DNA from: Candidatus Aenigmatarchaeota archaeon | GTDB lineage: Archaea; Aenigmatarchaeota; Aenigmatarchaeia; CG10238-14; SCSR01 | NCBI GenBank assembly: GCA_016177025.1 | Contig: JACOWB010000008.1 | Span: 80,076-119,643, forward strand | Length of the DNA stretch: 39,568 bases | Direction of reading: 5' to 3' | In this document: positions 18,217 through 28,412 of the stretch, in pieces | How the letters are laid out: each line of letters opens with the position of its first letter | Numbering within the stretch: position 1 is the stretch's first letter | Program-made: the position numbers and the translations under genes | Notes under the pieces: model-generated | The model's database searches: none | The model's input: only the letters and a program-made list of their open reading frames with translations | Told to the model about the DNA's origin: nothing

Positions 18217-20862
18217 ATGGACTTCAAAAAGATAGAGAAAAAATGGCAAGCTAAGTGGGATGAAGCTAAAATTTTCGAAGCCAACGTGAATCCGAAAAAA
18301 AAGAAATTCTTCACTTCAATAATTATCCCTTATGTCAATGGCAATATACACATAGGACATTCCTTCACTTACACACGAATAGATGCCTATGCAAGATTCA
18401 AAAGAATGCAAGGTTTCAATACGTTACTCGCAGAAGGATTTCATGCGACTGGTGAACCTATACTTGGCGCGATTGAAAGATTGAAAAAGAACGACAAATC
18501 TCAGATAGAAACTTTCAAAATGTATGGTGCGACTGACAAAGATTTGCAGATGTTCAAACGAAAAGGACCTGAATTCGCGGCCAAGTTCTGGATGGAAAAA
18601 ATTATAGAATCGTCCAAACTAATGGGATTTTCTGTTGACTGGAGAAGAAAGTTCGTTACTGCAATAGACCCAGCATTCAATCGATTCATAGAATGGCAAT
18701 ACAACACACTAAGAAAAAAAGGATATGTTATTCAAGGGACTCATCCAGTTATTTGGTGTCTGCATGACCAATCGCCAACTGGCGACCATGACAGACTGAA
18801 AGGCGAAGGTGAAAGCCCGACCGAATTTGTTCTGCTGAAGTTTAAATTGGAGTCTGGAGAAATTCTACCGTGTGCAACATTAAGACCGGAGACAATTTAT
18901 GGTGTAACAAATCTTTGGGTAAACCCTGCTGCAGAGCATGTTAAAGTCAAAATCGATGATGAAACATGGATTATTTCTAGAGAGGCTGTACAGAAATTCA
19001 AAGATCAATTGAAAGATGTTAAAGAAATTGGTATTATCTCTGGAAAGAGACTGATTGGAAAATCTGTAAGGAACATGGTGACAAACCAGAGAATACCGAT
19101 TCTTCAAGGGAAATTTGTGGATCCGGCAACAGCGACTGGAATTGTGATGTCAGTCCCATCACATGCACCATATGACTATGTAGCGTTAAAGGAGCTTGGT
19201 GTGGAGATCGAACCTATTTCTGTAATAAAAGTTGAAGGCTTTGGAGAGCATCCGGCAATAGAAGTTTCTGAAAAACTAGGAATAAAATCTACGAAAGAGA
19301 CAGAAAAACTTGATGATGCTACGTCGATTGTTTATAAAAAGGAATTTCATACCGGTGTTCTTAGAGAGATTACTGGGAAATATGCAGGAAAGAAAGTCTC
19401 CGAAGTTAAGAATGAATTGATAGAAGATTTTGTTAAACAGAATGTTGCAGACAAGATATGGGAATCGAGCAATCTCGTTATCTGCAGATGCACAAACAGG
19501 TGCCATGTAAAAATTTTGGAGAATCAGTGGTTTTTGAAATTTTCTGATAAAGAATGGAAAAATAAAGTTAAGCAATGCATCTCACAAATGAAATTCCATC
19601 CTGAAGAATCCAGAATACAATTCTTGAATACGGTCGACTGGCTGGATGACAAAGCTTGTGCAAGAAAAAGTGGACTAGGCACTAGACTGCCGTGGGACAA
19701 GGAATGGATTGTAGAAACTTTGAGTGACTCTGTAATTTATATGGCGTATTACACTATAGCCCGAACAATTAATGAAAATAAAATATCCGCCGAACAATTA
19801 ACAGATGGAATCTTTGATTATGTGTTTCTTGGCAAGGGTAATTTAAAAGAGCTTTCGAAAAATTCGAAACTGAACGAAAAGTTAATCCGGGGGATGCGAG
19901 AGGAGTTTGAATATTTTTATCCTGTGGACTTGAGGAATTCTGCTAAGGAACTGGTGCAGAACCATTTGACATATGCGTTATTCCATCATGTCGCCATTTG
20001 GAATGACCCGAAATATTGGCCTAAAGCTTACGGTGTAAACGGATTCGTCACTGTTTCCGGAGAGAAGATGGCAAAGTCGAAGGGAAATATAATACCACTA
20101 AAGAATTTAGTCGAAAAATACGGTTCAGACATAGTCAGAATAAACATAGCAACAGCCAACGAGAACATGGACGATGCAGATTGGAAGGAGGACTCTTTAA
20201 AGACGTTTTCTTCAAGATTGGCATCGTTGGAGCAGCTTGTCAAGAATCTGAAACGGGCTAAAAGAAAATCTGTAAACAACTTGGACAGTTATATGGAATC
20301 TGTATTGCAGAATTGTATAAAAGGCGCGACAGAAAATTATGAAACAATGAAATTCAGATCTGGTGTTCAGTACAGCATATTCCAGATATTTAATGAGCTA
20401 AATTACTACATAGAAAGATGCGACGGAATTAAAGGTTGTAATCAAGGCGTTTTAAAGAATTGTTTGTCTGCAGTCGTATCATTAATAGCACCGTTCACTC
20501 CCCACATTAGCGAAGAACTTCGGTATAACTTGGGACACAAGGATTTTATTTCATTGGGTCCGTGGCCTTCATTTGAGGACAAAAAAATTGACAAGAACAT
20601 CCTAGAACTGGAAAACATCTTCAAAAAAACGCTAGAAGACTTGGCCAAAGTTCTGAAGCTTGCTGGAAAAAAGAAAAATGCATACCTGTATTTTGTGACC
20701 GATAAAGAACTAAACTACTTTAAAGATCCTGTCGCATATCTGCAGAAAATGTTTGATTTCAAAAAGATAGAACTATACAAGTCATCGGACAGGAATAAAT
20801 ACGATCCTGAAAATAAATCATCAAGAGCGAAATACGGCAGACCGGCAATTTATTTGGAGTAG
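18217..20862 (+). CDS. leuS: Leucine--tRNA ligase
   Basis: PYVNGNIHIGH, DWRRKF.T, ATLRPETIYG, MSVPSHAPYDY, KMAKSKGN. Confidence 0.97.
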   Translation: MDFKKIEKKWQAKWDEAKIFEANVNPKKKKFFTSIIIPYVNGNIHIGHSFTYTRIDAYARFKRMQGFNTLLAEGFHATGEPILGAIERLKKNDKSQIETFKMYGATDKDLQMFKRKGPEFAAKFWMEKIIESSKLMGFSVDWRRKFVTAIDPAFNRFIEWQYNTLRKKGYVIQGTHPVIWCLHDQSPTGDHDRLKGEGESPTEFVLLKFKLESGEILPCATLRPETIYGVTNLWVNPAAEHVKVKIDDETWIISREAVQKFKDQLKDVKEIGIISGKRLIGKSVRNMVTNQRIPILQGKFVDPATATGIVMSVPSHAPYDYVALKELGVEIEPISVIKVEGFGEHPAIEVSEKLGIKSTKETEKLDDATSIVYKKEFHTGVLREITGKYAGKKVSEVKNELIEDFVKQNVADKIWESSNLVICRCTNRCHVKILENQWFLKFSDKEWKNKVKQCISQMKFHPEESRIQFLNTVDWLDDKACARKSGLGTRLPWDKEWIVETLSDSVIYMAYYTIARTINENKISAEQLTDGIFDYVFLGKGNLKELSKNSKLNEKLIRGMREEFEYFYPVDLRNSAKELVQNHLTYALFHHVAIWNDPKYWPKAYGVNGFVTVSGEKMAKSKGNIIPLKNLVEKYGSDIVRINIATANENMDDADWKEDSLKTFSSRLASLEQLVKNLKRAKRKSVNNLDSYMESVLQNCIKGATENYETMKFRSGVQYSIFQIFNELNYYIERCDGIKGCNQGVLKNCLSAVVSLIAPFTPHISEELRYNLGHKDFISLGPWPSFEDKKIDKNILELENIFKKTLEDLAKVLKLAGKKKNAYLYFVTDKELNYFKDPVAYLQKMFDFKKIELYKSSDRNKYDPENKSSRAKYGRPAIYLE

Positions 20863-21654
20863 CTAACTTCCTATCAGCATAGTCTCTATAATCGCACCTG
20901 CAATCAGCAGCACTACAGCAACCGAAATAATCTTCAGGCTGTCCTTGACCACAACCCAGAACAATTCTGTTTTTCTTTTAGCTACAACAGCCGACAATAT
21001 ACCACCCGCTATACCGGCAAGAAAGTAGGCCGCTATTTCGAACACACCATGGGGCAGATAAGTGATAAGAGCCACTGGTACGCCACCTACTCCGCCAAAA
21101 GATTTGGCTGTCAAACCTATTGCAGCGGCCAACACAGATGCATTCCATGATAGTATGAAGATTGCGCCTGAACCAAATATGAAAGCGAAGAGTATAGACA
21201 GCAGAAGAACGCCTATATTATTGATTGTTATCTTGATGAATGTGCTTGAAAATAGAAAGCTGCCACGAATCAGCTTTATCTCTGTTATCTGATCTTCGAA
21301 AAGTTTTTGTACGGTATCGTCGGGCAGGAATATGAAAACCAGTGACAAAGCGGCTATCATGCCTGAAAAGAATGCTGTGTAAATCAGAAGCATATCCCAG
21401 TGGCGCTTTAAAAATGTCTGATGCATGCGTTTTTTGATTTCAAGCTCTGTCATGAACGCTTCGTATGTCAGCAAATTAACCATAAAGGGAGTCATTATAA
21501 ATGTGACCAGGACTGACGTGAACAAGCCTATAGATTCTGGGAATACCAGGAAGGAGATGAAGAGACTTATAACCGAGACTAGTGCGCCAATGACAGACAT
21601 CCATAGAGGGTGCCTGATAGCCTCTCTTATGGTCACGATTTTTTCGAGTACCAT
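20863..21654 (-). CDS. SpoIIM/DUF95-family membrane protein
   Basis: NN..V, WNASVL, LPHGVFEIAAY, AGAIIE motifs; multi-TM. Confidence 0.88.
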   Translation of the reverse strand: MVLEKIVTIREAIRHPLWMSVIGALVSVISLFISFLVFPESIGLFTSVLVTFIMTPFMVNLLTYEAFMTELEIKKRMHQTFLKRHWDMLLIYTAFFSGMIAALSLVFIFLPDDTVQKLFEDQITEIKLIRGSFLFSSTFIKITINNIGVLLLSILFAFIFGSGAIFILSWNASVLAAAIGLTAKSFGGVGGVPVALITYLPHGVFEIAAYFLAGIAGGILSAVVAKRKTELFWVVVKDSLKIISVAVVLLIAGAIIETMLIGS

Positions 21655-21687
21655 GTTCTTAAATAGGTGATTTTAAAATTAATGTGT

Positions 21688-22128
21688 ATGAAATTCAAAT
21701 CTTCGTGGATAGGCTTGTTCCTTATAGCCGTTATGCTGTTTTCAACATTTGCCTATGCTGTCATACAATCTTTATACCCGAAACAGGCGCCTACATTGCC
21801 GGACTCCAACATAATTGATTATGCGCTTGAACCAGCACTGAAAGATGCATTAGTCCAATATGGCGCGACTGTCATCACATTCGAATATAATCTAGGCTGC
21901 AATAACTGCGTGAACCAGAAAGCGACATTGGAATTTTTTGCGACTGACTATAAAGAACAGATCTGGCTGGAAGAGATTCATGATGACAACTTGGATGTAT
22001 CAACCATAAGGATGTCGAGCGTATACGGCGAAGAGAATCTGGTAGATGCCAATGAAACTCAGATTGTAAGTTCTCTGTGTGGGCTGATGGTGGCTCCACC
22101 TGCAACATGCGCCCTTCAAAAAACTTAA
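21688..22128 (+). CDS. Membrane-anchored hypothetical protein with CxxC (possible thioredoxin-like fold)
   Basis: N-terminal TM, EYNLGCNNC, C-terminal LC......P..C. Confidence 0.65.
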   Translation: MKFKSSWIGLFLIAVMLFSTFAYAVIQSLYPKQAPTLPDSNIIDYALEPALKDALVQYGATVITFEYNLGCNNCVNQKATLEFFATDYKEQIWLEEIHDDNLDVSTIRMSSVYGEENLVDANETQIVSSLCGLMVAPPATCALQKT

Positions 22129-22151
22129 GCTAAAAAATCAGAGTAATATTC

Positions 22152-22601
22152 ATGGCATTGCTGGAAATGGCAGACTTTATCAACATCCTTGCTTTTGTGG
22201 GCATGACAACTGCGACTTACACAATTTTCTATATAGGCAGGAGCATGAGCGCCAAGGGAATCGGATTGAACATGTTTACACTCGCCTTGGGGATTAATCT
22301 GATCGGATTGTCGCATTTGTTTAGGGTATGGCTCGATGTGTCAACTTCCCCGCTTATACTGATGCTGGTGGCGACGGGCTCTGTCTTCTTGTCTGCTGGT
22401 ATCATCTGGGTGATTTATGACAAGGCGACGGAAATAAGCAGGCTGAAAGGCAGGGGGAAGGAAATAAACTCCGTAATCGCCGACCTGAAAGAAAGGTACT
22501 ACAAGAAAGAATTGTCTGAGGAAGACCTGCAATCCGCCTATTCAAACCTGATGAGAGAAATGGCTGAGATTGAAGTCAAACTGAAGGAGAAACGTAAATA
22601 G
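22152..22601 (+). CDS. Three-TM membrane protein with C-terminal coiled coil
   Basis: Three hydrophobic segments then charged helices (DLKERYYKKELSEE); co-oriented with the KaiC-like gene. Confidence 0.75.
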   Translation: MALLEMADFINILAFVGMTTATYTIFYIGRSMSAKGIGLNMFTLALGINLIGLSHLFRVWLDVSTSPLILMLVATGSVFLSAGIIWVIYDKATEISRLKGRGKEINSVIADLKERYYKKELSEEDLQSAYSNLMREMAEIEVKLKEKRK

Positions 22602-22621
22602 TTAAAAAGGGAATAATAATT

Positions 22622-23317
22622 ATGCCTGTGGAAAGAACTGAAAGCGGCATTCCTGGATTGGACAAGTTAATTGAAGGCGGTTTTGTAAAGAATTCTGTTA
22701 ATCTTGTTGCGGGGCAGACTGGAACTGGAAAAACTCTGTTCTGCATGCAGTATCTTTTGAATGGCTTGAAGAAAGGGGAGAATGGACTATATATAACTTT
22801 GGAGCAGAAGGAGGATGAGATTCTGCAGGACGTTGGAAGATTTGGTTGGGATGTTGAGTTTCAGAAATATATCAAAGCGGGAAAACTTGCGCTTGTTCCT
22901 TTAGAGCCTACAGGGATGAGGGAACTGACAACTGCGACAGTCAATTACGCAAAAAAAGTAAACGCCAAAAGATTTGTTCTTGATAGCTTGTCGATAGCAA
23001 CAATGGGCTGGAAAACAGGGGAGATGGACTTGACAAAAATCAGGGCTGAGGTTTTCTCTTATATGAAATCATTAAAAAATTTAGGTGTAACTAGTTTTTT
23101 AATAACAGAAATACCAGAAACAGATGACAAAGCTTTGAGCAGATTCGGATTCGAGGAGTTTCTAGCAGATGGTGTTGTAGTTTTATCATTTTTGAATGTC
23201 GGTGGAGAAGTGTTTTCCAATCTAAGGGTAAGAAAAATGAGAAGAACTAGCCATAAAAAAGAACAATATCCATATGAAATAACAAACAATGGTTTAAAGC
23301 TGCTTTCAAAGGGTTAG
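22622..23317 (+). CDS. Single-domain KaiC-like/RAD55 RecA-superfamily ATPase
   Basis: SGIPGLDKLIEGG, GQTGTGKT, YITLEQ, RFVLDS, EEFLADGVV, VRKMRRT.H. Confidence 0.93.
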   Translation: MPVERTESGIPGLDKLIEGGFVKNSVNLVAGQTGTGKTLFCMQYLLNGLKKGENGLYITLEQKEDEILQDVGRFGWDVEFQKYIKAGKLALVPLEPTGMRELTTATVNYAKKVNAKRFVLDSLSIATMGWKTGEMDLTKIRAEVFSYMKSLKNLGVTSFLITEIPETDDKALSRFGFEEFLADGVVVLSFLNVGGEVFSNLRVRKMRRTSHKKEQYPYEITNNGLKLLSKG

Positions 23318-24535
23318 AGAATCGCTAAAAGTAACACCGACGAGTGTTTGACAAAAACTACCACATGTTCCGCTAGGCAACGTTGATTGCTCCGAATAAC
23401 TATAAAATCCGACAAAGGGTGTGTTTTTCAATTCTTTCTTTAATATTTCAGCCTCTTTATAAATGTCTTTTTGTAAATATGCCATCCTCCCAGCACAACT
23501 AATTATTATGGAGAATGCAGGTGTTATTTTATCCAATAATTTGCCAGTCCTATCCGTAGCTTTGAGTATGTCATTTTGACTACCTTCAAGCAAATAAAGC
23601 ACACTGTTTTTAGGCACTGGGGAAAAGAATAAAAGTGACTTATCGGGCAGTACTGCCTGCGGGTTTTTGATCCAGAAATTCCCCATATTGTCAGAAAATC
23701 CGAAAGGATATTTAGCAATATATGGTACAATGTTCTCTTTTAGTTTATCTAGGGTGGTGCCGACTAGTTTGGCGTAAACTTCTGCAGCTGGCTTGTTGTC
23801 CAGTGTTTTCACTATTTTACCTTCGCTTTCTGTAGCGACGGCTACTCTTCTTGTTGGCTTGTATCCATGATCGACTGAATGAACATTTCTTAGTTTAGAG
23901 AATAAAGCCATGACTATTGTTGCATCTTTGTAGATTTTCCCATTTACAAACTGGTATGTTTGTTCGAACTGCACATCGTCCCCAGCTGAGCCACCGGCTA
24001 TAAAAGTATTTTTACTGAGAATCTCTAGCATTCCTGCCAACGTCTCTTCTTCATGGCCGAGTACTTTCTTTGTGGTGCCGGGAAATATAGTTAAAGCATA
24101 TGTAGGGTTTACAAATTTCTGCTCCTTGCGTAAAGCTTTTCTCAGATTTTCGGTGGCTTCTTTTGCCGATGCTTTTCCAGCCAATCTAGGATTCTTTGAG
24201 ACATTATCACCGACCCCTATTCCTGTAGAAATATAATCGGAAGACACAGCCAAAGCTACACAACTGCCTGTAGAAAATCCATAATTAGAAAGTTCGCCTG
24301 CAGTTGTGCAACCTATCCAATTGCACTTGAATAAATCATTTATTTTTTTAACAAGTTCTTTCAAAGATTTTTCGTTTCGCGCATATTTTTTGGCAGAGCA
24401 GAAAACTACACCAAAAGTAGGTGTTTTATTTCCAGATTTTTGCATCTCTTTTATCGCTGTTTTAACGGCTTCTTCCGCGGCTTTAGAAGGATTGTCTAGT
24501 TGGCTTGTTCCCACGCCAGCAGAGACATTTCTCAT
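23306..24535 (-). CDS. Stand-alone FIST-N/FIST-C sensor protein
   Basis: IGCTTAGE, AGGSAGD, LDNKPAAEVY, SCAGR, GFYSYSE. Confidence 0.92.
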   Translation of the reverse strand: MRNVSAGVGTSQLDNPSKAAEEAVKTAIKEMQKSGNKTPTFGVVFCSAKKYARNEKSLKELVKKINDLFKCNWIGCTTAGELSNYGFSTGSCVALAVSSDYISTGIGVGDNVSKNPRLAGKASAKEATENLRKALRKEQKFVNPTYALTIFPGTTKKVLGHEEETLAGMLEILSKNTFIAGGSAGDDVQFEQTYQFVNGKIYKDATIVMALFSKLRNVHSVDHGYKPTRRVAVATESEGKIVKTLDNKPAAEVYAKLVGTTLDKLKENIVPYIAKYPFGFSDNMGNFWIKNPQAVLPDKSLLFFSPVPKNSVLYLLEGSQNDILKATDRTGKLLDKITPAFSIIISCAGRMAYLQKDIYKEAEILKKELKNTPFVGFYSYSEQSTLPSGTCGSFCQTLVGVTFSDSLTL

Positions 24536-24564
24536 ATTTATTATTCAGTTTGATAAATATATCT

Positions 24565-25683
24565 CTATTTGAGTGCCGTTTTCATCCTATCCAACGCATT
24601 GGATAGCTCTCCCATGGAAACTGTAGAATATGTTAGTCGTACGTAGTCCCCACCGGCAGGACCAAAGATAATCCCAGGTGCGACAAGTACTCCATTCTGC
24701 TTGAATAGACTGGCAACTTGTTCGGATGATCCGTACTTGTTTATTCTAGAAAATACATAAAACGCGCCTCTTGGTGTACTGGATGGTACTCCCATTTCTC
24801 TCAAACCTTCCAACAGAAAGTTTCTTCTTCTTTGATACTCATCGATTACCTGTGGTAATCTGTCATTGCCCCTCTGAATAGCCTCTAATGCAGCATACTG
24901 ATTCATTGAAGGCGGGCATGTGACCATTGCTTGATGGACTTTCAACATTTCTCTTAATATATCAGGATTTGCAACTGCCCACCCTATTCTCCATCCTGTC
25001 ATGTCATGTTCCTTTGATACACCGTCCACCACTATTGCTGTATCTAAATATTTTCCGATTGAATGGTGAACATGATTATCATAAACAAATCTTCTGTATA
25101 TTTCATCGGAGACAACAACTATGTCATTGGCTTTAGCAATCTCCGCTATTCCTTCTATATCTTCTTTTGTCGCAACACTTCCTGTGGGATTGTGTGGGGA
25201 ATTGAGAATGATGATTCTTGTTTTGGGTGTTACCAATTTTTCTACATTCTCAGGCTTCATTCTGAAATCGTCTTCCATATTAAGAAGCGTGTAGACAGGA
25301 GTTGCACCTGCTATTAAAATCTGGTTTCTATATAAAGGAAAGCTGGGGTCAGATAAAATAACCTCGTCGCCTGTACCGGCAAAAGCCAAGATAGATGCCA
25401 TGATGGCTTCTGTTGCGCCAACAGAAATCATAACATTGTTTTTTGTATATTGCAATCCCAAGCCGCCATACGTTCTTGCAACAGCTTCTCTCAATTCTGG
25501 TATACCTTCGGATGGTGTATATTTTGTACGATTATCTTGTACAGCTTCAACACCTTTTGCTTTCACAGAATCTGCAGTCCCGAAATCTGGTTGTCCGAGA
25601 GCTAGATTAATAGCACCTGGAGGTGGATCTCTAAATAATTCACCAATTAAAAAATTGTCTATACTCGCCAAACGTCTCCTCAT
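24565..25683 (-). CDS. PLP-dependent aminotransferase class I/II
   Basis: LGQPDF, YT...GIPELR, NSPHNPTG, SDEIY, SKEHDMTGWRIG, GAFY. Confidence 0.95.
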   Translation of the reverse strand: MRRRLASIDNFLIGELFRDPPPGAINLALGQPDFGTADSVKAKGVEAVQDNRTKYTPSEGIPELREAVARTYGGLGLQYTKNNVMISVGATEAIMASILAFAGTGDEVILSDPSFPLYRNQILIAGATPVYTLLNMEDDFRMKPENVEKLVTPKTRIIILNSPHNPTGSVATKEDIEGIAEIAKANDIVVVSDEIYRRFVYDNHVHHSIGKYLDTAIVVDGVSKEHDMTGWRIGWAVANPDILREMLKVHQAMVTCPPSMNQYAALEAIQRGNDRLPQVIDEYQRRRNFLLEGLREMGVPSSTPRGAFYVFSRINKYGSSEQVASLFKQNGVLVAPGIIFGPAGGDYVRLTYSTVSMGELSNALDRMKTALK

Positions 25684-25706
25684 CGATTATAAATAAGAGC
25701 TTAAAA

Positions 25707-27146
25707 TTAAGAGCTTATAGAAATTGGGTTTGTCCATATTTCAAATGGATACTTTCCTTGGTGAGGCAAGGCCAAATCGTGTACTCTTGTGTTCTTACCT
25801 ACATTGACATGTGAAGCTGGAAGTCTACGAGCTAACTCTAGGGTATGTTCCTTGCCTTTTTTGTCTTCTGGACCATAATATGAGACTGTGAGAGGGTGTG
25901 GCAACCAAGGTGAACTAATCTCTTGAACAGCTCTGTCTAAACTATCAAAGTGTCTCACATGAAGCATGTAGACGTTACGATCTCCCCGAACAAGGGGGGA
26001 TTCCAAGTTATACAGCCGTAAAATAATTGGTAGACCCTGATATTCCCCTACTCTAATTTTTGGTATATCTACCTCGGGGTAGAGAAGCTTTTCTGATCCC
26101 CATCTCGCATTATCGGTAACTAAATTCAGTGTTTTTTGCAAATCATTGAAGTCGACAAAACCTATATCTGTGTCATGCTCTAAAGGATCACCCACTTTCC
26201 TTTTAGCAAACTCTTCTTTCAAAGCTTCTTCAAATTCTCTTGCTACGCTACTGTGTACCCATACTAATCTTGTAGCGTCGCATGCTAATGGATTTTCTAG
26301 TGCGCCGTCTGCTACGGATTTGGCCGATTGTTTTATATCTGCACCCTCATCTACAATTGCTTTGCAGCTACCTCTATCATAAGCTATACCGACACCGAGC
26401 GCCTTTAGTGTGGCTGAATTTCCAAATCCCAGTCTTGACTCTGGGGTGGTCTCTAGATTTATCATTTCGGAGTTAGTTTGCCTCGATTGGTCATCACTTT
26501 TCCATATTACGGTATTAATGCCTCCCGATAAATCACCTCCCATCTTTCTTGCGACTTCTGTTAGCTGTTCGGCAAGTTTTACCGAGAAATAAGCCATGCT
26601 CGAGCTAGGTCTGACCAGAACATCTCTTCCAGAAATAAGTGAATGTGATATCACAAAAATAGGCGGAAATAAATCGCCGAATGGCAAATAACCCACCACG
26701 CTATCATCTATAGGAACTCTTAATTCTACTGACCCGTTTGTCAGATGTCTTTGCACTCCATTCTCACCTACAGTATACCTTTGTCTTATGATATTCCCAA
26801 AATGTTTCATGTAATCTCTTATCCCCATTAAGTTTGCTCTAACTACTTTTGTAGGCAAGCCGGTTAATTTAACCGCGTAAGCAATCTCGCTTTCTTCTAT
26901 CGGAAGTGACTCACCTGCAGAACTGATAACATCTAAAAGAGTCGAAGGGTCTATTTTTCTTCTTCTATAATTTTTTCCATGGCCGAGTGCACTTTCTATT
27001 TCTCTTGTTGTGGAGTTTGGTAGCTCAACTGAAAATCTGTATGGTTCTGAATAAGTGCTAAATGGGCTAGTCATAACAAATCTTGATTCTGTGTCTGATC
27101 TCCTTCCGCCTATATAATTTTGTACTGCTATGCTTGGACTAGTCAT
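25707..27146 (-). CDS. Divergent aldehyde-dehydrogenase-fold protein (acyl-thioester reductase candidate)
   Basis: VRPSS (KPS-like), FGNS (FTGS-like), catalytic Cys in NPLACDATRLVWVH, VGDPL..DTDIG; ELGGK motif absent. Confidence 0.8.
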   Translation of the reverse strand: MTSPSIAVQNYIGGRRSDTESRFVMTSPFSTYSEPYRFSVELPNSTTREIESALGHGKNYRRRKIDPSTLLDVISSAGESLPIEESEIAYAVKLTGLPTKVVRANLMGIRDYMKHFGNIIRQRYTVGENGVQRHLTNGSVELRVPIDDSVVGYLPFGDLFPPIFVISHSLISGRDVLVRPSSSMAYFSVKLAEQLTEVARKMGGDLSGGINTVIWKSDDQSRQTNSEMINLETTPESRLGFGNSATLKALGVGIAYDRGSCKAIVDEGADIKQSAKSVADGALENPLACDATRLVWVHSSVAREFEEALKEEFAKRKVGDPLEHDTDIGFVDFNDLQKTLNLVTDNARWGSEKLLYPEVDIPKIRVGEYQGLPIILRLYNLESPLVRGDRNVYMLHVRHFDSLDRAVQEISSPWLPHPLTVSYYGPEDKKGKEHTLELARRLPASHVNVGKNTRVHDLALPHQGKYPFEIWTNPISISS

Positions 27147-28332
27147 ATCTGCAACCAACCCCTGCGATTTCTTCTGGATCTAATCTTCTTATATTACCGA
27201 TAACGGGCGTAGTTCTTCCACAAGAGCAGTTGTCTGTTATTATAGTTGCCATATCTCCCGTTTTGTACAGAATAAGAGGTGTCCCGTATCTTAATCCAAT
27301 AGTGTAAACCTCACCCTCCTCACCAGGAGTAAATATTGGTGCTACTCTATCACCTTGGTCTCTTCCGAGAAATACGTAGTGCGGTCCAAATGTCAGATGC
27401 TGTTGATTATATTTACACACTCTCCCAGCATCCCCATTAACAGGCGAATATGCTAAAGGTCTGTGCTCCGCTGTCCCGTATCCACCAGAACCTTTGATTC
27501 CGTGCAGTTCTCCTTCTATTCGTTCGATTAGCTCGGATGTTATTCCAGATCCTATTAAAAACAATTTATTTATTCCATGTCCTCCGAAAACATCCATAGA
27601 CTCGTCCAACAATGTTTTAAGATTGGTTCCTTTTCTGCCTAATGGGTCCCCTGTAGAGGACGGAACTGCCAACAAGACTGTAAATGGCGATCTTCCATTA
27701 TACCATTCACGTAGCTCTCTTGCCGTATCCTCAACTGAAAACTCTGGAGGTTTGAATCGGTGGGAAGCCCCGACTATTCTACAAACTCCTGGGAACATAA
27801 AACCACCGGGATGAGCAGGATTATAACAGTCATATACATTATCTTCTGGGGATATTCCCAACGAATCCCATATTCTGGCCACAGCATAATTTTCGATATC
27901 AAAATCCCAAGGCTCAGCATAATGGACAGGTATTTGAGTCATACCAGTGGATCCCGTAGTGGTCCATACAGAGGTACCCTTAACATCAACCGGCTTTAGA
28001 ACTTCTTTGGATTCCCTAATCGCCTCTCTTAATCCATTAGAATGCAGTGTTGACTCTTTTCTTAAAACCGGAAGGTTCATGATATCTTCCATACTAGCTA
28101 ATCTAGAGACGTCTACTCCTTTATATAATTCGGCGTAGAATGGAATTTTTTCCTTAGCTCTTTTGACTAGGAGGGAGTACACAATGCCTAATAATTCATC
28201 TCTTTCAGAAGGTCTCATGAAATCCCATTCTGGATCTCTGAAGATCATCGGCTCTATAGAACGCAAATCAGAACTTCTATTCAGTCTTCTTAATTCATTC
28301 GGACCTTTTACTGTACGGTTAACTGAGAACAT
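27139..28332 (-). CDS. PaaK/LuxE-like adenylate-forming enzyme lacking the C-terminal ANL domain
   Basis: PFYAELY...LPVLRK, TTGSTG (A3), YGTAE (A5), YKTGD (A7), CSCGRT; ends ...GVGCRYD. Confidence 0.82.
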   Translation of the reverse strand: MFSVNRTVKGPNELRRLNRSSDLRSIEPMIFRDPEWDFMRPSERDELLGIVYSLLVKRAKEKIPFYAELYKGVDVSRLASMEDIMNLPVLRKESTLHSNGLREAIRESKEVLKPVDVKGTSVWTTTGSTGMTQIPVHYAEPWDFDIENYAVARIWDSLGISPEDNVYDCYNPAHPGGFMFPGVCRIVGASHRFKPPEFSVEDTARELREWYNGRSPFTVLLAVPSSTGDPLGRKGTNLKTLLDESMDVFGGHGINKLFLIGSGITSELIERIEGELHGIKGSGGYGTAEHRPLAYSPVNGDAGRVCKYNQQHLTFGPHYVFLGRDQGDRVAPIFTPGEEGEVYTIGLRYGTPLILYKTGDMATIITDNCSCGRTTPVIGNIRRLDPEEIAGVGCRYD

Positions 28333-28412
28333 TACTACCCACCATTAAATATTATTAAATCTTTGATACATAGACAACTATAAAAAGTCAATTAAGGTTA
28401 TCTAGAAATCAT

